From Tubulanus polymorphus (Eukaryota; Animalia; Nemertea), in the NCBI RefSeq assembly GCF_964204645.1, contig NC_134032.1, forward strand, positions 124,001 to 188,000: a stretch of 64,000 bases of DNA, given 5' to 3'. The notes under the pieces were generated by a model, which was not told the origin of the DNA, did not search any database, and saw only the letters and a program-made list of their open reading frames with translations. Positions within the stretch are counted from its first letter, which is position 1, and every line of letters starts with the position of its first letter. Position numbers and translations under genes: made by a program. Positions 23,350 to 37,600 of this stretch are shown here, one piece after another.

Positions 23350-26300
23350 TCAGTAGATATTACCGTTCGGTCGAACTATAGCAGATGTAGTCACCTGCGT
23401 ACCGGCGATCGGCTGCTGATTCGGCACGAAGATCAGACGATTCGGACTGCTCACGTTCACCGGTTGTCGTAGCAATGACGACATGACGTTCGACTGCGGT
23501 TGTTGAATGATGAGAGGAACTCGCTGTCGATAGAGAATAGAAACCTGATTATATGACAACCAGATTTATGAACTAAAATCATTTACTATAAGTATTTAGA
23601 TTAAAAGACATGGCATTTCGGACTAGAGACCATCGTCAGGTAAAATATCTGAGTACTGAATCTCGGTACAGTGGAACCTCGGCTTAATGACAGTTTCGAA
23701 ATTATGACCAAACTTCATCAGAGACACACAAAAAATGACATGATAGTGATATACAGTAATTCAAAAATACAGATAGTTAGGTTAGGAACCTTTTCCTTGT
23801 CTAAGTTCGTTAAAACATTGCCTTTGTTTTTAATGCCACTGTTCACGCCATCATTCTTTTTAGCAAACTGAACGCTGCCCAATTAGTCATAACGCAAGGT
23901 TTTTCATTTTTGTCCCAATAGTGGCGTTATAAATTACTTTTACTGTATCAAATTTAAACAATTTACTAGATAACTTCAAGTAACAATTTCGGAATGCTGT
24001 AAATTTTTCCAAACTGTAATCTATGGCTTGGAACCTGCAACCCCTCAGACAATCTACAGCCTGTAACCTGCAACCCCTCAGACAAACTACAGCCTGTAAC
24101 CTGCAAGCCTTCAGACAATCTACAGCCTGTAACCTGCACCCCTTCAGACAATCTACAGTCTGTAACCTGCAACCCTTCAGACAATCTGCAGCCTGTAACC
24201 TACACCCCTCAGACAATCTACAGCCTGTAACCTGCAACCCTTCAGACAATCTACAGCCTGTAACTGCACCCCGTCTGACAATCTAAAGTCTGGAATCTGC
24301 AGCCCTTCAGACAATCTACAGCCTGGATCCTAAAACCCATAAGACAATCTGTAGATTGTCTGAGAAAGTGGTTCTAGGCTGCAGATTGTCTGTAAAGGCC
24401 GTCTGCAGCCGTGAACCTGCACCGGTTCTGAATCCTGATTGGCTGTGGATTGTCTGAGGGGTCGGCTGCGAAGCTACGTGAACCTACCTGAGCGCCGGTA
24501 GACGGCAACGAAACAGCATTTTGAATCGTGGGATTTGAAGTGGAGGCAGTGATTAATTGAGGTACGTACTGTATCACTTGATTACCAATAACCTACAAAC
24601 AATCGGACATAAATATATATAATAATAACAGGTTTGATGTTAGTCGTCTACAGTGAACATGCTCCTAGTTACAAATCACATACCGGGTATACAAACACAT
24701 ACAGTATACACACATACATGCTTTTACTCTCTATCGGTCTGGAGCCACCCCTGGAACCACCCTCTTTGGCAGTTACTAATTATTGTTATGATTTCTGGAG
24801 TTTTTGGCAATTCTTCAGTTCATTTTCAATTAGAAATGTCTCAGGTGAAGCACTGAACACATGTGAAGTGTGGACGATCAGTTTTTGAAAGTGTGCTGAT
24901 AAAATGTCTAATATCTGGTGATTGTAGTTCATTTTCAATTGGAAATGTCTCAGGTGAAGCACTGAACACATGTGAAGTGTGGACGATCAGTTTTTGAAAG
25001 TGTGCTGATAAAATGTCTAATATCTGGTGTTTGTAGTTCATTTTCAAATAGAAATGTCTCAGGTGAAGCACTGAACACATGTGAAGTGTGGACGATCAGT
25101 TTTTGAAAGTGTGCTGATATATGTCAGTCAAGTTAGATCCACACAACTGGATCCAGAGTCATATTAAACCCACACAACTGTGGAACTGGATTCAGAGTCA
25201 CAGTTAACCCATTCCACTGTGGAACTGGATTCAGAGTCAAATTAAACCCACACAATGGAACTGGATCCAGAGTCATATTAAACCTACACAACTGTGGAAC
25301 TGGATCCCAAAATAGGTTGTATATTTATTTGGTGAATTTTGGTAAAATAGAAATTGAACGATCTATTTTATGCCTTATAACAGATATAATAAGCCTTATA
25401 GCAATGTGTTCTATGTCAATATAACATACAACTATAGAATTCAATTCACAGTCAATTGTAGATCTATAATTGACTAACTATAGGGGGAGCTGTCAATGAA
25501 CTGATTTCACTGTATGTAACCCTAACCCTAGCTTCTGATTGGCTGGAGCTGGTCACCTGATATATGCAAATAGCCCCAAGCGCATGACAACTAACCCTAA
25601 CCCTAGCTTCTGATTGGCTGGAGCTTGTCACATGGTATATGCAAATAGCCCCAAGCGCATGACAACTAACCCTAACCCTAGCCACTGATTGGCTGGAGCT
25701 GGTCACCTGATATATGCAAATAGCCCCAAGCACATGGCCACTAACCCTAACCCTAGCTTCTGATTGGCTGGAGCTGGTCACCTGATATATGCAAATAGCC
25801 CCAAGCGCATGACAACTAACCCTAACCCTAGCCACTGATTGGCTGGAGCTGGTCACCTGATATATGCAAATAGCCCCAAGCACATGGTCACTAACCCTAA
25901 CCCTAGCTTCTGATTGGTTGGAGCTGGTCACCTGATATATGCAAATAGCCCCAAGCGCATGACAACTAACCCTAACCCTAGCCACTGATTGGCCAGAGCT
26001 GGTCACCTGATGTAAACAAACATGCCAATTACATGTCAAGGGATTATGGGATATGGTAGCAAAAGGAAACTTTGCGTCAAATTAAATCCACACAACTGTG
26101 GAACTGTGGAACTAAGCTCACAGTTAAATTAAACCCACACAACTGTGGAACTGTGGAACTGAGCTCACAGTTAAATTAAACCCACACAACTGTGGAACTG
26201 AGCTCACAGTTAAATTAAACCCACACAACTGTGGAACTGAGCTCACAGCTAAATTAAACCCACACAACTGTGGAACTGTGGAACTGAGCTCACAGTTAAA

Positions 26301-28465
26301 TTAAACCCACACAACTGTGGAACTGTGGAACTGAGCTCACAGTTAAATTAAACCCACACAACTGTGGAACTGTGGAACTGAGCTCACAGTTAAATTAAAC
26401 CCACACAACTGTGGAACTGTGGAACTGAGCTCACAGTTAAATTAAACCCACACAACTGTGGAACTGAGCTCACAGCTAAATTAAACCCACACAACTGTGG
26501 AACTAGGCCCTGAGTGGTGCTGAAATGTCTAATGTCTTATGCTTGTAGTTCATTTTTATTTCATATTATTATGACTCAGTAGTGTTCGAGAGGGAGGAGG
26601 CAAGACTGCAGATTGATGCACCTCACGGCCATTCTACGGTTATCGTATGTTACTAGATTCAACTGAAGCTGAGCCGCATTCAATGCAATGGGCCACCTTC
26701 ATTTTGAGGTAATACATCGAATTGAAAATATCGAAAATTGACTAATCTCAATTTTTCAAGTCAAATTTAACCCTTTAACTGTTGTGGAATTAGGTTGAGG
26801 GCCCCAGTAAACAGCAATTATTAATTATTTATGGAAAAATCTACCTTTAAAACAAAATCAACTACATTTTCACAATGCACAAAAACAAACATGCGACAAA
26901 ATGTTTTTTAAACGCATCACATTTTTTCAAATCTAAATCTACGACGAAACTCGAATGAAACAAAAACTGAAATCGTGAATTTCGACTAAATGAGAGATGA
27001 TTTCACATGCCGGTTAAATTCTATATACCTGGCCGGGCCCGTGATGGCGCGGGGGCGGCAGCCGGAAATCGGGCAGCGGCCGCGGGCCACCGGGTGCCGC
27101 GTGAGGATAGGGTATCGGGGGCTGAAATGTGAAGAAGTGTAAGACAGAATATGCTAGAAAATGAAACAGGAATTAAACGCAAGATTATGAAAAGTCGATT
27201 TTTTTTATAAGTGCACGTGACCGTATCTATATACTAGGTGCTACAGACCGCGAACACTAAAACACGTAACCAGGAATCGGACGAGGGCTATCGGTGTCAG
27301 GTGCAGATCCCGAAAGGTCTTGCAGGCTTTTTTACAAGCCTTTCAAACATTTTCAGATGCCTTTTTCTGAATAAACTCTTAACCTTTTACCGCCATATTT
27401 CATGGAATATTTTAAATTTCCACCGTGTAGGTCGGGCCCCCAATATTGCTTTGAAGAGGAAATGTTTCCCACTTGGAAATGCTGTAATTGCCTTGAATTC
27501 ATCCACAAATTTTCGAAAGCGATGCCTCAATTCCCATTACCCGTCCGAATAATGCTTTTACAATGACAATGCCTGTTAATGTGTAAAAAGACCTTTAAAA
27601 GTCGTCCTCGGGATCCACCCTTGACGGTAAGCCGCTATTCAGAAAATCACAATGAAATCCTGCTGCGCAAATACTTGTTCAATTTACTGCTGTTCACATA
27701 CAGTGAAAATAACGAACATAGATAGAAATGATTTCTCTGGAGAACAGGTGTAATAAATACTGGGAGAGTCAGGGAACGGGGTGCATACCCTCAATGGGTT
27801 ATACACCAATTAATATCCATGTAAATCCTTAAAGCATCGGCATAAAATTACACCTTAAGTGTATTAATGTTATCAATGTAGACTTTCAGTGAATTGAGGG
27901 GTAAACAATGCGTATATTATTTTGACAATACACGAGTGCAGGGCTGGACCCAGGGGAGGGTGCAGGGGATGTGCAGCCCTCCCAAAATCTCAAGTTACCC
28001 TGAATTTTAAATTTCAAAGGAAAATGATATAAATCGAACTGTTATGAAAAAGTTTAAATTCAAAAACGTGTTCTCTGTACATGTATTTTCAAAACCGAGT
28101 TGATGTTTGGAGATAAACTTTCTTTAGAGGTGCCCTTATATGATATGCCCTGTTTCGGGTGTACACCCCTCCCTAAACGAGGCCCTAGATCCGCGCCTGA
28201 CATTTCGGACTTTAATTTCCAATTTTTCATATCTCAATCATTGAATTAGGTACTTAAAATCTGGTGAGTTTTAATTCCTCGTCGATTCCCCTTGTCCGAG
28301 CGTACGAGGTATTTTACCCGATGAAGTTATTCACAACTTACTCTAGGTTGACCTATAATCTGTATTGAACCATCCGGAGGTTTGTCCGGCCCGTTCAATA
28401 TCGTAGCCTGTATCGGCTGTTGGGTAATTGTTGTAGTTGGCACCACGGTGGTCGTCTGCTGCTGT

Positions 28466-28531
<66 letters not shown>

Positions 28532-31500
28532 GTTTCGCTGACAGCTTGCGTACACGTCGCCATGTGTTTCGACCAGTGTTGCTGTTGGCACGGGTAGTCG
28601 CAGTAACTCGTGTTCCAACAACAGTAGAATATCGCCTCTTTACCGCAGTTCGCGCACTGTTACGAGAAGAGAAAAAACTCTTTATAAAACCTCACAAACT
28701 TCTTACTGAAATTGCCGAATTCTTTCTAGAATGCCGCGTTCTTTCTAGAAATCTTCTTGAACCCAAACTTTGAATCAAGACATGACCTTTAAACCTTTCA
28801 ATGCTGACAAATTAATACCTAAAAATGCTGGGCCCAGTTTCAATAAAGATAACATTGAAATGAATTACAGTTTCAAATATACAAGCAGTAGATTTAACTG
28901 TCTGTTGGTATTTTGTATATATTTAATTTTGTTTATAAAGTCTATTAGAGCTTAATAGGTTTTAATAGGTTGATCGAACACTCGTTATCTTTGTCTATGG
29001 TCCAACATTAGAACAATCAATAGTTCCAACTTTGGCATGTGTCTAATCAAAGGGGGGGGGGGTTAAAACCAATTAGACAGTTATTCCAATTGACGGAACT
29101 ATAGAAATTTTGAGATGCTCCCTTAAAAGCAATCTAATTACTAATAAAATCAATACACTGTGGTGTTAACGGACTGAAAGGGTTAAGTCTGAAGAATCAT
29201 TCATCACTCTTATTTCTGACTGAAATCATGGTTTCTTCGTGCTATGAATGATTTTACCCCGATGATTGATCATCGATGCTGAGTAGACCCGGGTGTTCAA
29301 GCACCCCAAACTCACCCATTGTTTTTTCTTGGCTTCGTTGACGGCTTTAGCGGCTTCGACCTCCAGAGTGCGGCGTAATTCGCTGAGCGCCGCGTGTCTG
29401 TCAGCCTCGAAACTCTGCCGCATCTCAGCGAGCGTCAACTCGGTATTGTGCCGGATTTCGGACAGCTGTTGCTGGTGCAACCACCTCAACTGATCGAGTT
29501 CCGTCTGAATTTTCTTCATCATTTCCTTAGATTAGAAAAAAAACTTGCAATTAATTGTCGCAACAAAATATTGCTAATGTCTAACATATAAATCCCACAA
29601 GATCGAAAAATCTTTTAGAAATATCAAAACTTTTAAATCTATTAAGAATCCGAATTTTCGGTTTTTCACTAAAAACCATTATCTTTCCTTGATGGCACAT
29701 ACCTGATAAAAGTCTTATTACGACCAGAAAGGACGGGTAGTCGACCTAAAACATTGATTTTAGTCCATTTTGCACTTTATGGAAGGATTGCAAAAAGTCC
29801 TCGTTGAAAGGGGTTGAATAAAGAAAAGAGACTCCATGATTTGAAAGTTTAACAATATGTTTCGATGCCTACCAACTGAGGTTTACCACTTTTCTCTTTA
29901 CAGCCTCTTTCACTCTAAGACTTTTCTGCCATATTTCAATACAGTGAAGAGTGGATTAGAAAACAATGGTTTAGGTCGACTGCCAGTCCTTTCTGGTCCT
30001 ATTAAGAATTTCATCTTAGCTCAGTAAGTTTTGATGGTACATACCTGATAAAAGTCTTATTAGGACCAGAAAGTCTGCATGATTTGAAAGCTAAACAATA
30101 TGCCTCCATGCCTACCAACTGAAGTTTGGTATGCAGGCATGGAAACTTTCACATCATTAAGTCCTATTTCTATCAAGAACACCTTTCAATGAAGACTTTC
30201 CGGTCCTAATAAGACTTTTATCAGGTATGTGCCATCAAAACTGACTGAGCTAAGCCACCTGATGTGTTTGCTCTCAAGTCAAGTTGAAATAGACATAAAA
30301 TCCCCCCTAAATCCATCCCAATAGGTATATATATATATTAATATATGGAAGGTGAACCGACTTCTGTTACTGAGCTGCTAATCTTACCATATCGTGTTGC
30401 GTTTTCAACAGATCTTGATACATCTCATGGAATGTCGATTTGATCACGTCTGTGATCTTTTTCGTATATTTCTCCAAGCTGACACCAGAGGGCAGCTCGG
30501 TGGTGACTGTATTCGCGATCAATGATTCGGTAATGCGACTGGCTGTGAGCAGCTGAGCGGAGACGGCAGGTGCGGCAGGCACTGCAGGTGCGGCAGGTGC
30601 TGCTACCGGTGCTACGGGTGCTGCAGGAGCAGACGGCTCTGGTGCAGGTGTAATCGACGTTGATGGTTGGCTGAAATTTTGAAATTCATGTTTTCAAAAA
30701 AACTTCTAAACACCTGTGGAACTGAATTCAGTAACAAATTAGACTCATACAACTGTGGAACTGACTCCAGGGACAAATTTAACCCACCAAACTGCGGAAC
30801 TGGGTTCAGTCAGATCAAACCCGCACAACAGTGAAGCTGGATCCAGAGTCAAATCAAATCCACACTTCTGTGGAACTGGGTTCAGAATCAAATTAAGCCG
30901 GCACAACTGTGGAACTGGATGCAATTAAACCCACACAACTGTGGAACTGGATGCAATCAAACCCACACAACTGTGGAACTGAGTTAAGAGTAAAATTAAA
31001 CCCACACAACTGTGGAACTGGATCCAGAGTCAAAGTAAACCTGGACAACTGTGGAACTGTGGAAGTGGATTATTTACCTCGATGTTTTATTCTTAGATTC
31101 CTCGGTTATTTGCAGTTGTTTCTGCAACGTAGTTTCTTGTTGTTGATGTTTCGTTGTTTCGAGCGCCGCTGTCATCGCCTGTTTCGCTTTCAACGTTTCA
31201 TTCGCCTTTATCCGCGCAGTTTCGCAGGCGCGCAGCTCGGCGGCCAGAACGTCGCGACGTTTCTGTATCAGGTCCAACTGCGGCTGCCGCGTCGACGTCC
31301 CGGTTTTCTTCTTCGCCTTGTCGCGATTGTCTCCGAGATCGATGACGAGTTGTTCGTCGCCGTCCGACGACTCGTCCGCCGCCGCGACGACGGCAGACGG
31401 CGCGTCGTCCGTATCCATAGCGACCATCGTATTACCGTTCGATGAATTCTCGCGTGATTTACGCTCACTTTCTTTAACGCAATCTTCCAACACGATGATG

Positions 31501-31566
31501 ATATCTTTGACCGTTTTTTGTTTGACGCAAACTTTCTCGTCGACTTTCGACTCCTCCGCCCGTATC

Positions 31567-31601
<35 letters not shown>

Positions 31602-34600
31602 GGTACCGCTGGTCGTATCCATCTTCTCTTCCGCATCTTCGGTCTTCTCGTCGCCATCTTTACCGGCTACTAACTCGAGCTCGGCACCGGTTTCTGTGTC
31701 GCCCGGTCGGTCGGTTTCTGCAAAATCAGTAATAACTGAACTAATTTTAATATCCCTTAAAACCCTTTTGGTGCGTCTACACCGCACTAATGGACTGGCA
31801 TCGCGGTGTTACGACGATATTAGTAAATAGTTTTCAGCTCTATTGAAAGATGGCAGCACCGGTGTCAAACATAATTTCATATTAGCACCTAATGATACAC
31901 CGCACCGCGGAGTAGATGTACCAAAGTGGTACAACAACACACTGAGGTGGAATTCTTTATAAAGATTTTCAAATTACCACCAGCGCCCAGTTGCTCAAAA
32001 GTTGGTTAAAGCTAACCGGTGGATAAATACCACAGTAACGATGAACTTTTAATTGTCGCTATGTCAACTATCCACTGGTTAATTCTAACAAACCTTTGAG
32101 CAACTGAAGGCCCTGCACTTTAGGGTATCAGTTAGTCGGCAATGGAAGGTCAAAAGTTTAAGTTGAAAAAAATATTGTTCAAATTTTCTACACTACACTA
32201 TGAACTGGTGGCGCCCCCCATTTCCATTTCCCGATAAACAATTGAAAAGGTCCACTTACTTTTATTAGTGATATCCTCTTCGTCGTCGGACGAACTGACG
32301 CTGGACGTCGATACATCGGACGATAACGAAGCCGGTTCTTCATCTTCACCTTCCTCCTCCTCGTCCTCCTCGTTGCCGCCGACGACGATACCGAGTTTCT
32401 CTTTACACGTTTCGATCGTTTTCTTCAGTTTATCTCGAAACTCTTCGACCGGCGACGACTTTTCCTCGAGATCATCGTCATCATCATTACCTTCATCTTC
32501 ACCTTCTTTATCCTCCTCGTTACGAGCATTGTCATCTGCTCCTGAATTAGACAATGAATATTGATAAGAAGGTCGATATTTCCCCCGTCCGAGGAGCGGC
32601 CATGTAAATGAACGCGTCAAAAAATAAAATTCCAGATTATGATAAAATTCACTGAAATGAAACCAGAAGGAATTGATTAATCTGTTGATTAAAACCTACC
32701 GGTTTTCTCGTTTGAATATTCGAGCGTTTCTTTTTCTCCGTCGAGATCCATTTCTAGTCCTTCCGCTTTATTATCATTATCACTTTCCTTATCGCCGGCT
32801 TCAGTTTCATTCATCTCCTCCATTTCTCTTTCCTTCATCGCGGCAGCAGCGGCTGCAGCAAGCTTCACATCATTTACCTCCTCCTTCTCTTTTTCCGTTT
32901 CATCTTTTTCTCTATTCTCCTCATCATCTTTCTTCGTTGCGTCGGGCGTCGTCTGCTCTTCCAGAGCGGTTGATTCCGTCGCCGCGGCAACATCCTTCGA
33001 TAGCAACGAAACAACATCCGTATCCTTTCCTCCTTCGCCTCCAACAGCCTCCATCTCTTCCTCCTCACCGTCATTTACATCCGTCTGCTCAGCCGGTGTA
33101 TCTGTTTTATTCGTACCGACCTTCGCAGACGCCGCCGCCGCTCGTCTCGTCGCTATAGCCGTCTGCTGATTGATATATTTACTCTTGACGGCCGAAGCCG
33201 TTTTAGTGGTGATTGTCTCCGCCGGCGACCGAATGGCCGCCGCGCGATGTTTCACCGGCAGTTTTTGCGTACGGAAATTCGGCGACAGGTCGGATTTCGG
33301 CGGCATCGCGGTTTTATTGTCGTCGCGGTCGTCGTCGTTGTCAGTTTTATTGTGTTGATACGAACTGTTTTTATCGAACGGAGTTTTCGCAGGAGCGTAA
33401 GTAAATGTGCCGTACTTTTTTCTGAAAAAAAATCAAGAAAACGCGATGACATCAAAACCGGTTCTTCGGTGCTAAAACTAAGTCTGTGTGAAGTACAATA
33501 CGTCTGCCCTCCAGATAATTCCCCCCACCCTATTTTTCTTTTATCTGAAATTCCAATAACCTCGTACATTAAAACAAGGTGGCGCCACTTTCCGCCCATT
33601 TACAAATTCCTCGAGTTTTCCCTGATATTTTTTCTGTGTCATCGCACAAAATACGTCCAGTAAATCAGAAAGATTTCTAGGCTTAAAATGTTTTGAATTC
33701 CCCGGGTTTTCCAGCTCAGTGGTCACGTTGTTTATGCCATTTTGGATTACTTAAGCTCAATTCAAACTTAAATGTTCTAAGCTTAAACCTGACCCTTGAT
33801 TACAGACTAATCTTGAAGTTTCCTTTGATTTGACAATTGAAATTACAAAATCTTGACAAGGCAAACGGGGAAAAGTTGTCTGGGGGCAGCTCTCCTAGAA
33901 TAATGAAGTGTGGACGATCAGTTTTTGAAAGTGCGCTGATACAATGTCTAATATCTGGTGTTTGTAGTTCAGTTTTTGATTAGAAATGTCTCAGATGAAG
34001 CACTGAACACATGTGAAGTGTGGACGATCAGTTTTTGAAAGTGCGCTGATACAATGTCTAATGTCTGGTGTTTGTAGTTCAGTTTTTGATTAGAAATGTC
34101 TCAGATGAAGCACTGAACACATGTGAAGTGTGGACGATCAGTTTTTGAAAGTGTGCTGATAAAATGTCTAATATCTGGTGTTTGTAGTTCATTTTCAATT
34201 AAAAATGTCTCAGGTGAAGCACTGAACACATGTGAAGTGTGGACGATCAGTTTCTGAAAGTGCGCTGATAAAATGTCTAATATCTGGTGTTAGTAGTTCA
34301 TTTTCAATTAAAAATATCAAAAACTTTTCTAACGAAAATAACCTACCTCAATTTATCGATGTGAATCTCTAATTCTTTCATCGAATGGTCGTAGCCGCCT
34401 TTTTTCATGTTTTTGATGACGGTCGGATTATCAGCGGAGAGCATGTAGACTTGATTGACGCCGAGCCACGCGCGATCGTGAGCGCCAAAAAACCTCACGT
34501 CAACCTGTCCGTCGACCTCGCGTAACACCTTCGCCGGCCAGAACGGATAACCTTTCAACTTCGCCCAAACAACCGGGTGAGGATTCCTCTGAAATTAGAT

Positions 34601-37600
34601 ATGAATGACCAGTTGAAATATCATCGAGCAATGACTTGTTGGGTTGTTTGACCAAATGACCAGTTGAAATATCAAATGACTTGTTGGGTTGTTTGACCAG
34701 TCACAGAAACGACCTTAATGGATTTCAGTGTCATCAGTACATAATATACATCCTGCCTCAAACCTGAGACTCTGCCAAGTTCCTCCCTCGACAGGGATTA
34801 GAACCTGATGACATCATGAAACACTGCCAAGTTCCTCCCTCGACAGGGATTGAACCTGATGACATCATGAGACTCTGTCACGTTCCTCCCTCGACAGGGA
34901 TTAGAACCTGATGACATCATGAGACTCTGCCACGTTCCTCCCTCGACAGGGATTAGAACCTGATGACATCATGAGACTCTGTCACGTTCCTCCCTCGACA
35001 GGGATTAGAACCTGATGACATCATGAGACTCTGCCACGTTCCTCCCTCGACAGGGATTAGAACCTGATGACATCATGAGACTCTGTCACGTTCCTCCCTC
35101 GACAGGGATTAGAACCTGATGACATCATGAGACTCTGTCACGTTCTTCCCTCGACAGGGATTAGAACCTGATGACATCATGAGACTCTGTCACGTTCCTC
35201 CCTCGACAGGGATTCAAACCTGATGACATCATGAGACTCTGTCACGTTCCTCCCTCGACAGGGATTCAAACCTGATGACATCATGAAACACTGCCACATT
35301 CCTTCGTTGGCAGGGTTTCGAACGGGATTATTTCCCAGTTCAAAAAGATTATGCAATACTCACACAAGGCTCGCAGAACCAATAATCACTGGTCTTCGTA
35401 CAAGAATTATAATAACAATCGGGACACAATTCGATTTCACTCATCTAAAAATTAGACAAACAAAATTCTAAATTCTTGCCCTAATGAAATAAAATGTAAT
35501 ATTAAATAGAGTTTATAATTCATACCTCGTGTTTTCCGATTTTGAGAATCATTTTCGCGCTCCCCGTCAATTTATGATGAGCTGTATGAAAATTCCAGAG
35601 CAGACGGAGGATTAAAAATCAACCAAAACAAACTATGATTTGGATTTTGTGATGAAAGCATTTCAACATTAATCAGAATATCAATATTGACTTTAAAAAA
35701 TTTATTCTGCTAGTCGTAGATGTAACACAAGTCTAAGCTCATTTTAGTTCTATAGCCAATCAAACAACTTAAGACTGGTCTTAACTCATTTTGGTTCTAT
35801 AGCCAATCTAACAACTTAAGACCAGTCTAAGCTCATTTTGGTTCTATAACCAATCTAACAACTTGAGACCAGTCTAAGCTCATTTTGGTTCTATAACCAA
35901 TCTAACAACTTGAGACCAGTCTAAACTCATTTTGGAGACCAGTCTAAGCTCATTTTGGTTCTATAACCAATCTAACAACTTGAGACCAGTCTAAGCTCAT
36001 TTTGGTTCTATAACCAATCTAACAACTTGAGACCAGTCTAAACTCATTTTGGAGACCAGTCTAAGCTCATTTTGGTTCTATCACCAATCTTATAACTTAA
36101 AACCAGTCTAAAGTCCATTTAAACTTGTCAGATTTTTATGATTGAAATCAGATTGAAACTTACTGCCGTTGAATATAATACAGTTGTGTAAAATCCATCT
36201 TGCGTCTGCTAAGAAAGCTTCTGTACAGCCGTACATCTTCTTCTTTATATTCTACAACATTAAACAATACGATATTTGAATAAAACCGGGCTCGAAATGA
36301 GATGAATTTGGAAAACACAAGCGAGATCGCATCTATGAACTCTGGAACACATTTTTCAAATCCTTATAATTGGCTTTTTAACATTTTAAGCGAGATAATA
36401 CCACGAGCCAGGTGATCGAAAGTTGGTAAGAGTTGTGGATAGCAACGATCGAAAGTTCATTATCACTATGTCAACTATCCACTGGTTCTCTAACCAACTT
36501 TTGACCAACCGAAGAAAGGATTTTAAAGATTTTCCCCGATTTTAAACATCTACGCTCGTCAAGGCACAATCTACTGAAAGCAATCTGTAATGTGGACGAG
36601 ATTGAAATAAAATTTTTTCAACACAGTTCAGGCATAAATTCAGAGCTGCACCGTACATGGCATAGAAAGGGGATCTAAATATTTTTACAAGACAATTTTC
36701 ATGACTTTTTTTCACAACTTTTCACATCTATCTGCCCTTTAAAACCCCTTCAGTGCCGACTATTTAACTGATAAGAAAGTGCTGAAGATAATGTTTAAAA
36801 ATTCCACCTCATCCAGTGTTTTATATCATGTGTACCACTATAGTGCGTCTACACCGCGGTGCAGTGTATCGTCAGTTACTAGTATTTCACTATGTTTGAC
36901 AGGTGCTGCCATCTTTCAATGAGACCAAAACTAATCGCTAATTACATCAATACACCTGAAAGGGTGCATACATACAGTTTCCATTTGAGACAGATCCATC
37001 GGATTGATAACAAAGTCTTTATATTGAGGATGCATAGTCAGATCGACCGGCTTCTGAAACGGTTCACTCTGCAGAACAGAAACAAGGATTGGAATTATTT
37101 CTACGAAAAAAAAACTTAACTGAAATCATGGTTTATCAGCCTGATACCGGGGTTTTTTACTGGCATATTTTACAGTGAAAGTCTTTCTGCTACTAGTAAG
37201 TGATAATTTAACGGAATCATGCGTCTGCTTACCCCATTGTGTTTCATACGTTGCAGTCCGAATTTCAACAATATGCACAGTTGGTCGATGGTTACCATCG
37301 ACATGGCCTTCGATCGCGTGTCGGTGCATTCCGATTTCATAATAGTCTACAAAACATGAATCAAATAAGATAGAATTATTCCAGGCAAAAACAAATTGAT
37401 TTCCTGTTTCTCCGCTCTGAGCTTAAAACTTGACCCGGCCGGCTGCCAATCTGACCTGTATGGTAACAATTACAGGCATTTAGTATCTTACCTCACACTC
37501 CGGGCAGACCCAGTCACCCCGCGGGTCTCTATCGAGCCCGAGACATTTAGCGTGATACGCCCGCGGGCAAAGTTCGCACAGAAGCGCTTGACCTTCTTTG

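Noticed and set aside
23887-26039. Cys-rich and repetitive ORFs of 120 and 191 aa
   Set aside because: Translations of 31-bp and 75-bp intronic tandem repeats.
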